From Zygnema circumcarinatum SAG 698-1b (taxonomy: Eukaryota > Plantae > Zygnematophyceae), in the NCBI GenBank assembly GCA_037447605.1, contig JBBHKD010000074.1, positions 1 through 6,322 on the forward strand: a stretch of 6,322 bases of DNA. Direction: 5' to 3'. Positions within the stretch are counted from its first letter, which is position 1. Every line of letters starts with the position of its first letter. The notes beneath the pieces are model-generated. The model worked only from the letters and a program-made list of their open reading frames with translations, searched no databases and was not told the DNA's origin. Shown here one piece after another: positions 6,321 to 6,322 of this stretch. Position numbers and translations under genes: made by a program.

Positions 6321-6322
6321 GC

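Larger units (their letters stand above)
5476..6322 (-). mobile_element. Ty3/Gypsy LTR retrotransposon C, 3' part (pol end + PPT + 3' LTR), running off the right edge
   Basis: The LTR is related to LTR B. On minus it is preceded by a purine tract and an open frame, and followed by LINE sequence rather than a PBS. Confidence 0.82.

Noticed and set aside
1-6322. Telomeric arrays, tRNA/rRNA/snRNA genes or CRISPR arrays as a possible LINE target
   Set aside because: Only isolated ccctaa hexamers and the tRNA-complementary PBSs were seen. There is no tandem array, RNA-gene fold or repeat-spacer pattern.

Overview
This is eukaryotic, plant-like transposon DNA with no recognisable host gene: a nest of four retroelement fragments from three lineages. 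(1) 1-981, minus strand: 5' end of a Ty1/Copia element (LTR, tRNAiMet PBS, frameshifted gag). (2) 982-2456, minus strand: 5' end of a Ty3/Gypsy element (554-bp LTR, tRNAiMet PBS, gag), apparently interrupted by the Copia. (3) About 2457-5475, plus strand: a T-rich then polypyrimidine leader, followed by a heavily frameshifted non-LTR retrotransposon ORF (zinc finger, RT domains, GGLG motif) resembling the CRE-like restriction-endonuclease (REL) group. (4) 5476-6322, minus strand: 3' end of a second, related Gypsy (pol C-terminus, PPT, 650-bp LTR) inserted in the LINE just after its RT. All protein assignments come from manual translation with frameshift stitching and remembered family motifs; no database search was run. 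Dense 1-nt indels in all four elements suggest long-read or assembly error may contribute. The CRE-like LINE is the most interesting element. I see no firm evidence of a wholly new system.
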